Below, piece after piece: positions 46,721 through 64,000 of a DNA stretch of 64,000 nucleotides. Below the pieces are notes generated by a model. That model worked only from the letters and a program-made list of their open reading frames with translations, did no database searches and had not been told where the DNA came from. Source of the DNA: Macrostomum lignano (taxonomy: Eukaryota); contig NIVC01000031.1 of the NCBI GenBank assembly GCA_002269645.1, forward strand, positions 992,001 through 1,056,000. Reading direction: 5' to 3'. Made by a program: the position numbers and the translations under genes. The stretch's first letter is position 1. Each line of letters starts with the position of its first letter.

Positions 46721-49700
46721 ATGCTTTTCTACTTAATTATTGCTGCAAATGGTAAGCGTTTCCTATCACACTTGACCTGCTGCACCAGCACACAGTCTGT
46801 CACATGAGCAGCTGCTACAGCATACAGTCTGTCACATGAGCAGCTGCTACAGCACACAGTCTGTCACATGACCTGCAGCAACGGCACACAGTCTGTCACA
46901 TGACCTGCAGCAACGGCACACAGTCTGTCACATGACCTGCTTCAACAGCACACAGTCTGTCACATGACCTGTTTCAACAGCACACAGTCTGTCACATGAC
47001 CAGCTGCTGCAGCACACAGTCTGTCACATGACCAGCTTCAACAGCACAGTCTATCACATGAACTGTTTCAGCAGCACACAGTCTGTCACAGGACCTGTTT
47101 CAACAGCACACAGTCTGTCACATGACCAGCTTCAACAGCACAGTCTATCACATGAACTGTTTCAACAGCACACAGTCTGTCACATGACCAGCTGCTACAG
47201 CACACAGTCTGTCACATGACCAGCTGCTACAGCACACAGTCTGTCACATGACCAGCTGCTACAGCACACAGTCTGTCACATGACCAGCTGCTACAGCACA
47301 CAGTCTGTCACATGACCAGCTTCAACAGCACAGTCTATCACATGAACTGTTTCAGCAGCACACAGTCTGTCACAGGACCTGTTTCAACAGCACACAGTCT
47401 GTCACATGACCTGCTGCTACAGCACACAGTCTGTCACATGACCTGCTGCTACAGCACACAGTCTGTCACATGACCAGCTGCTACAGCACACAGTCTGTCA
47501 CATGACCAGCTGCTACAGCACACAGTCTGTCACATGACCAGCTGCTACAGCACACAGTCTGTCACATGACCTGCTGCTACAGCACACAGTCTGTCACATG
47601 ACCTGCTGCTACAGCACACAGTCTGTCACATGACCTGTTTCAACAGCCACAAAGTCTGTCACATGACCTGTTGCTACATCGCACAAGTCAAGCTAAGAAC
47701 AAAAGAATAAGGTATGAAAAGAAATATCTTGTATAATTCTCAATTTTTCCAGTCATCAGACTCGCGACACCGTCTATTGTGAGTTCTACAGAATTCACTG
47801 ACATCAAGTCACTGACCGGTTTCAATCTCACTAACCAGGCGATGGCAGCCGCAGGTGCAGTTGAAAACTTTACCGCCCTGTCTGACATTGACTGTCTGAT
47901 TCGCTGCAAAACTGCAAGCGCTTGCTTCTTAGCTGCAACCTCTGGGCAGAGTGCTTTGACTTCTTGTCAGCTGGTTATGGCAGTGACTGCTCCGGGAAGT
48001 TCTGCCCTAGCCGAAAGCAGACTCACTGCTCTGCAACCAATATCGACCAGCCAAGCTGATGAGGTCACTATTTGGGTCAAGGGTGAAGCAATAGTGATTA
48101 CTTTTCAGTTCTCTGACCGTAAGTAGTTGCTGCTTTTAATTTGGATTGTTGAGTCAGCTGTTGGCTCTCCTGATCGACACCATAACTTGGCACTCCTGAC
48201 ACCCCATCTTGACAATCCTGACACCCCAACTAAACACTCCTGACACCCCAAATAAACACTCCTGACACCCCAATTAAACACTCCTGACACCCCAATTAAA
48301 CACTCCTGACACCCAATATAAACACTCCTGACACCCCAAATAAACACTCCTGACACCCCAAATAAACACTCTCGACACCCCAACTAAACACTCCTGACAC
48401 CCCAAATAAACACTCCTGACACCCCAAATAAACACTCCTGACACCCCAAATAAACACTCCTGACACCCCAACTAAACACTCCTGACACCCCAACTAAACA
48501 CTCCTGACACCCCAAATAAACACTCCTGACACCCCAAATAAACACTCCTGACACCCAATATAAACACTCCTGACACCCAATATAAACACTCCTGACACCC
48601 CAAATAAACACTCCTGACACCCCAAATAAACACTCCTGACACCCCAACTAAACACTCCTGACACCCAATATAAACACTCCTGACACCCCAAATAAACACT
48701 CCTGACACCCCAACGAAACACTCCTGACACCCAATATAAACACTCCTGACACCCCAAATAAACACTCTCGACACCCCAACTAAACACTCCTGACACCCCA
48801 AATAAACACTCCTGACACCCCAAAAAACACTCCTGACACTCCAACTAAACACTCCTGACAGCCTCTACAAAACACTCCTGACGGTCTCCATCAGACCCAT
48901 TCAAGATCCCAAATCTCGAACCCGAATATCCAGCCGGATTTATTCAATACTCGCTAATCGGCGTCACCGGCTGCTACCGCATCGCGGCGGCTGGCGCCAA
49001 AGGCGGCGACAATCCAATCAGAAATCATGCCGGAGGTCGGGGCGCCACCGTCAGCGGCAATTTCAACCTGACAGCGGGCACTCGGCTAGCCGTGGTTGTT
49101 GGACAGGCGGGCAGCAGTGTAAACAGTTCCAGCTCGGGCAAGGCTGGAGCAGGAGGCGGCGGAGGCAGCTTCGTCTATCGGACTGGCGATAATTATCTGC
49201 TGGCTGCGGCTGGAGGAGGCGGCGGCGCCTCTCATGCACACAGTGGTGAGCCCGTTTTTCTATGTATTATAGTAGTCCATGATCCATAATTCTCAATAGA
49301 TTCTCATCCAGAATTCTCATTCTCAATGGGTTCTAATCTATGATTCTGAATAGATTCTCATCGATGATTCTCAATAGATTCTCATCGATGATTCTCAATA
49401 GATTCTTATCGATGATTCTTAATAGATTCTCATCGATGATTCTCAATAGATTCTCATCGATGATTCTTAATAGATTCTCATCCATGATACTCAATAGATT
49501 CTCATCCATGATTCTCAATAGATTCTCATCGATGATTCTTAATAGATTCTCATCGATGATACTCAATAGATTCTCATCGATGATTCTTAATAGATTCTCA
49601 TCGATGATTCTCAATAGATTCTCATCCATGATTCTCAATAGATTCTAATCGATGATTCTCAATAGATTCTCATCCATGATTCTCAATAGATTCTCATCGA

Positions 49701-50647
49701 TGATTCTCAATAGATTCTCATCCATGATTCTCAATAAATTCTAATCGATGATTCTCAATAGATTCTCATCGATGATTCTCAATAGATTCTCATCGATGAT
49801 TCTCAATAGATTCTCATCGATGATTCTTAATAGATTCTCATCGATGATTCTTAATAGATTCTCATCGATGATTCTCAATAGATTCTCATCGATGATTCTC
49901 AATAGATTCTCATCGATGATTCTCAATAGATTCTAATCGATGATTCTCAATAGATTCTCATCGATGATTCTCAATAGATTCTCATCGATGATTCTCAATA
50001 GATTCTCATCGATGATTCTCAATAGATTCTCATCGATGATTCTTAATAGATTCTCATCGATGATTCTCAATAGATTCTCATAAATGATTCTCAGATTCTC
50101 ATTCATCATCCACAGTTCCCTTCAATATTGAAATGCAGGTGCGCCAGGCAGAAGTACATCTAATGGAGGCCGCTCATCAGCATCTTCCGTGTACGACAAC
50201 ACCAGAGGAACTGGAGGTTACAACGGACATCCTGGCCAGAACACTCCTGGAGACACTCCATCAAGGCAGACTCACGGCGGCTGCGGCGCCGGCTGGCTCG
50301 GCCGGGCCGTCAACCCGAGGCGAGGCAGTCGCGACGGCGAACGAGGCGGCGGTCTGGCCGACGGCTGGGTCGGCGGCGTCGGCGGCGTCGGTGGCGTCGG
50401 TAACGGCGGCAACGGAGGCTTCGGCGGCGGCGGAGGTGGTGGCGCTGCTGACAACTACGGAGCCGGAGGCGCTGGCGGCGGCTTCAGCGGCGGGGGCGCC
50501 GGGGTTAACCGCTATCACGGAGGCGGCGGTGGCGGCTCCTACTGCGGCGCCGACGGCAGCTGTCAAGAGGTCGGAGGAGGCAACTCGGACGGCGGACACG
50601 GCAGGGTTACTCTGCGACTCATGACCGCGTTTGTGGATGGCTGTTGA
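46721..50647 (+). CDS. Putatively secreted protein: signal peptide + PAN/apple-like domain + ALK/LTK-type glycine-rich domain (406 aa)
   Basis: Exons 46721-46751, 47753-48082, 48895-49245, 50139-50647 (1221 nt, all phase-1 introns). N-term MLFYLIIAANVIRLA; C-x3-C-x5-C...CQL spacing (PAN-like); GRD motifs GCYRIAAAGAKGG, GGRGATVSGNFNLTAGTRLAVVVGQAG, GGGGGSFV, LLAAAGGGGG, GGFGGGGGG, GGGFSGG, GGGGGGSY, HGRVTL; no TM or kinase domain before the stop. Confidence 0.85.
46785..47680. repeat. 32-bp minisatellite AGCACACAGTCTGTCACATGACCAGCTGCTAC (~28 units), intron 1 of the GRD gene
   Basis: GTCACATG recurs at 46799, 46831, 46863, 46895. Confidence 0.96.
48190..48880. repeat. 22-bp minisatellite AAACACTCCTGACACCCCAAAT
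   Basis: Directly visible; ends ~15 nt before the acceptor at 48894. Confidence 0.96.
49320..50100. repeat. 24-bp minisatellite ATAGATTCTCATCGATGATTCTCA
   Basis: Directly visible; contains the TCATCGATGA palindrome. Confidence 0.96.
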
Positions 50648-50659
50648 GCAGTGACCGAG

Positions 50660-51130
50660 GCTATCAGGGCGATTCTCTCATCACCGGTGATTTCCAGGGC
50701 GATTCTCTCATCACCGGTGATTTCCAGTGCGATTCTCTCATCACCGGTGATTTCGAGGGCGACTCTCTCATCACCGGTGATTTCCAGTGCGATTCTCTCA
50801 TCACCGGTGATTTCGAGGGCGACTCTCTCATCACCGGTGATTTCGAGGGCGATTCTCTCATCACCGGTGATTTCCGGGGTGATTCTCTCATCACTGATGA
50901 TTTCCAGTGCGATTCTCTCATCACTGATGATTTCCAGTGCGATTCTCTCATCACTGATGATTTCCAGTGCGATTCTCTCATCACCGGTGATTTCCAGTGC
51001 GATTCTCTCATCACTGATGATTTCCAGGGCGACTCTCTCATCACTGATGATTTCCAGTGCGATTCTCTCATCACTGATGATTTCCAGGGCGATTCTCTCA
51101 TCACCGGTGATTTCGAGGGCGACTCTCATG
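50660..51130. repeat. 30-bp minisatellite GATTCTCTCATCACCGGTGATTTCCAG[G/T]GC starting right after the GRD stop codon
   Basis: Directly visible; ~16 units. Confidence 0.96.
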
Positions 51131-51609
51131 ATTTCGATCCTTATTCTGTAACTAACTAATGTAAAAATTTCTAATAGTCCAGTAAAATGACTACTTCTAG
51201 GGTTTGTAAGTGTCAGTATGATAAGCTTAGATGAAATTTGATAAGCCTAGTTAAATATGATTGAATTTAACCGTTTGAAAATACTCTTGCTGTCTTCTGG
51301 CAATTGCATATTTTTTATTAATATTACATTCAGAGATCAATTAGTGTTATTACATTTTCTAATTCGCAGTACTCGTAATAACACTAGAACATGTTCATGC
51401 ACAGTACAAGCTCGGACATCTAACAGTCTACTTATAAATTTTGATAAAGCCTACAAAGTTGAACAATTTTTTGTTTCTTTTATGTAATCGCTATGCTGGC
51501 CGATTTGTTAATTTTCTGCAAAATACCTTAATATATATGCATCTATCATTCTAAAATATTGTTTATGAGCACAATTGACTGAAGCATGCCATAGTACTTT
51601 TTATACATG

Positions 51610-53090
51610 CATTTTCAATATCTTATGGCCGATTCTTCAATATCTTATGGGCGATTCTTGAATATCTTATGGGCGATTCTTGAATATCTTATGGGCGATT
51701 CTTGAATATCTTATGGGCGATTCTTCAATATCTTATGGGCGATTCTTGAATATCTTATGGCCGATTCTTCAATATCTTATGGGCGATTTTTGAATATCTT
51801 ATGGGCGATTCTTCAATATCTTATGGGCGATTCTTGAATATCTTATGGGCGATTCTTGAATATCTTATGGGCGATTCTTCAATATCTTATGGCCGATTCT
51901 TGAATATCTTATGGCCGATTCTTCAATATTTTATGGGCGATTCTTGAATATCTTATGTGCGATTCTTGAATATCTTATGGGCGATTCTTCAATATCTTAT
52001 GGCCGATTCTTTAGTATCTTATGAGCGATTCTTGAATATCTTATGGGCGATTCTTGAATATCTTATGGGCCATTCTTCAATATCTTATGGCCGATTCTTC
52101 AATATCTTATGGGCGATTCTTCAATATCTTATGGCCGATTCTTTAGTATCTTATGAGCGATTCTTGAATATCTTATGGGCGATTCTTGAATATCTTATGG
52201 GCGATTCTTCAATATCTTATGGCCGATTCTTCAATATCTTATGGGCGATTCTTGAATATCTTATGGGCGATTCTTCAATATCTTATGGGCGATTCTTCAA
52301 TATCTTATGGCCGATTCTTCAATATCTTATGGGCGATTCTTGAATATCTTATGGGCGATTCTTGAATATCTTATGGGCGATTCTTGAATATCTTATGGCC
52401 GATTCTTGAATATCTTATGGGCGATTCTTGAATATCTTATGGCGATTCTTCAATATTTTATGGGCGATTCTTCAATATCTTATGGGCGATTCTTCAATAT
52501 CTTATGGCCGATTCTTCAATATTTTATGGGCGATTCTTCAATATCTTATGGGCGATTCTTCAATATCTTATGGGCGATTCTTCAATATCTTATGGCCGAT
52601 TCTTCAATATTTTATGGGCGATTCTTGAATATCTTATGTGCGATTCTTGAATATCTTATGGCCGATTCTTGAATATCTTATGGGCGATTCTTCAGTATTT
52701 TATGGGCGATTCTTGAATATCTTATGGCGATTCTTCAATATCTTATGGCCGATTCTTCAATATTTTATGGGCGATTCTTGAATATCTTATGGCGATTCTT
52801 CAATATCTTATGGCCGATTCTTCAATATTTTATGGGCGATTCTTCAATATCTTATGGCCGATTCTTCAATATCTTATGGGCGATTCTTCAATATCTTATG
52901 GCCGATTCTTCAATATCTTATGGGCGATTCTTGAATATCTTATGGGCGATTCTTGAATATCTTATGGGCGATTCTTGAATATCTTATGGGCGATTCTTGA
53001 ATATCTTATGGGCGATTCTTGAATATCTTATGGGCGATTCTTGAATATCTTATGGGCGATTCTTGAATATTGGATGGGCGATTCTTCAAT
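51610..53090. repeat. 22-bp minisatellite GCGATTCTT[G/C]AATATCTTATGG (~67 units), intergenic
   Basis: Directly visible. Confidence 0.97.
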
Positions 53091-54427
53091 ATAGGATGGC
53101 TTTATTTTTAACAAAAATCAACAAAGAAAGAAACCATGTTACTGTTTCACTGGCTTAGCATAGCCCAAGTCTGAGATGCACATATAAGTGAGTATATTTT
53201 TGACAATAGTAAACCAGCATTGCATTTGCTACTGTGTATGCGACACTGAAAAAGTACACTAAGGACATATTTTTATATTACAAGCTAAAAAGATTTTGTT
53301 CCATCAGAAAAGCAAATATATTCTTAATCTCTGCAATATCCTTGTTACTTGAAGCACAATAAAACTAGTAGTTTTAATAACAGTAGAACAATATAATTAT
53401 TACTAAAATACCACCAAAGTTAATAGTATAACAAAGCTAGCTACATGTGTCTTGCAATATTGAATAAACAAAGAGCTATATATATATGCATACTGCAATT
53501 TATAAGCTACTAAAAGCAGACGATTAGGAATATTATTTCACATTAATAAACAAGTTAAAAGTCAATGCAGTTTTTATATTGATTTATGTACAAAGAATTT
53601 CAACATTCTCAGATACTCCGGAGCAGGCAAAAATGACAAAGACAATAAAAAAGCCAAGGATGACTTTTACACAAGAAGAGCATTGAGTTATAGGTTGCAG
53701 TTGTGGTTGCAGACAAAAAATAACAATTAAGGTCCAGCTGATGGCTAGCAATAAGGTTTGAGATTCTAATAAAAATTGTACAGACACTTGCAGTTTGCAT
53801 ACAATCATATTAATTATTATTTATAGTAAATTTGACTAGCCAACCAATAAAAGAAGACGTGGTCAGTCCGGAATTTCAATGCCATTAGAAAAAATGCCAC
53901 ATTTTGTACTATCATACTAAGAATTATAAAATTTTTATCAATTTATTAAAATCCCTCATACATACAAAAACAGTTTTAATTAAAACAAAAAATGAATCCA
54001 TTTTGGACCAATTAGTCAACAGTGAGAAAATAAAACACAAATACACTTTTTTCCTACTTAGAGTAGAAAAATTAGAACGTGACGAATAAAATATGCAAAT
54101 GGAGAAGCAAAAACGAAGTTGAGTGAAAGTGAGACACAAGTCGTTGAGTTGGGTAAAATAAAATAATATTGAATCAGTTATTTATATTACAATATATAAT
54201 AATTAGAAGCCACTAGCAAACCTGCATTGCTTGTAGCAACTTTCGATTTCTTAAAGAAATTATAGAAATTATTTTACAATAATACAGACAAATTTCAAAC
54301 CAAAAGCGCTATGACATTTTTACACAGAGACAGCTGAGAGCGAACAGGGATAGCGAGTCTTGTCTTTAATGAGAAGAGATTCTGTTGAGCAGGCTCGGCC
54401 TGCGCCTGATGATCTGGAGTGGTCAGT

Positions 54428-54475
54428 GCAGACAGACAGACAGACAGAGAGAGAGAGACAGACAGACAGGCAGGC

Positions 54476-54526
<51 letters not shown>

Positions 54527-54579
54527 GAGAGACAGACAGACAGACACTGACAGGCAGACAGACAGACAGACAGACAGGC

Positions 54580-54650
<71 letters not shown>

Positions 54651-54751
54651 GAGACAGACAGACAGAGAGACAGACAGACAGACAGGCAAACAGACAGACA
54701 CACAGACAGAGAGACAGACAGACAGACAGGCAAACAGACAGACACACAGAC

Positions 54752-54784
<33 letters not shown>

Positions 54785-54817
54785 CACAGACAGAGAGACA
54801 CACAGACAGACAGACAA

Positions 54818-54856
<39 letters not shown>

Positions 54857-54857
54857 T

Positions 54858-54889
<32 letters not shown>

Positions 54890-54890
54890 T
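54428..54890. repeat. (GACA)n microsatellite
   Basis: Directly visible. Confidence 0.97.
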
Positions 54891-55070
54891 CAACTAAACT
54901 AAATTGAACTCTGCATTGGAAAAGACAAGCCTCTAAGTGAAGTGGGAAGCCAAATGAGTAAATTTGGCTGACACGAGCAGCAAAGGTCAGTCAGTCGGTC
55001 AATCAATAGAAAATCAAATTGAATTGAAACAGAGTAAAAACAGGGAAACAGGAAATCCTAAAAATGTCCA

Positions 55071-64000
<8,930 letters not shown>

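Noticed and set aside
51610-53090. TTCTTGAA in the 22-bp unit as a heat-shock element array
   Set aside because: Only two nGAAn units, present in about half the monomers; the third unit mismatches.

Overview
Eukaryotic (animal) genomic DNA, not prokaryotic. It has GT-AG introns and polyQ/polyP-rich exons, and about 28 kb of the 64 kb (~43%, summed by hand) is tandem micro/minisatellite, mostly inside introns. This style resembles free-living flatworms such as Macrostomum (inference only). Four protein-coding genes were reconstructed by hand with consistent intron phases. (1) A Caskin (6 ankyrin repeats, SH3, 2 SAM, Caskin C-terminal helix) on +, 12 exons at 5201-32037, exon 1 not found, with a candidate alternative polyQ/Pro first exon at 22373-22909. 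(2) A complete TRPA1-like channel on -, 22 exons, 1084 aa, ~16-17 ankyrin repeats plus 6 TM segments, 45447->32955. (3) A 406-aa putatively secreted PAN/apple + ALK/LTK-type glycine-rich-domain protein on +, 46721-50647. (4) The 3' part of an unidentified low-complexity protein on -, >64000->55071. Also present: an intronic tRNA-Ile with the unusual GAU anticodon, a Tc1 transposase remnant, two tRNA-derived SINE families, hAT-like MITEs and a probable decayed LINE. Almost all long ORFs in the supplied track are artefacts of stop-free satellites. The most interesting signals are intronic satellites built from in-frame splice signals, the tRNA-Ile(GAU), the stand-alone ALK-type GRD protein, a TRPA lacking the canonical electrophile-sensing cysteines, and MITEs that appear to seed GA-rich satellites.
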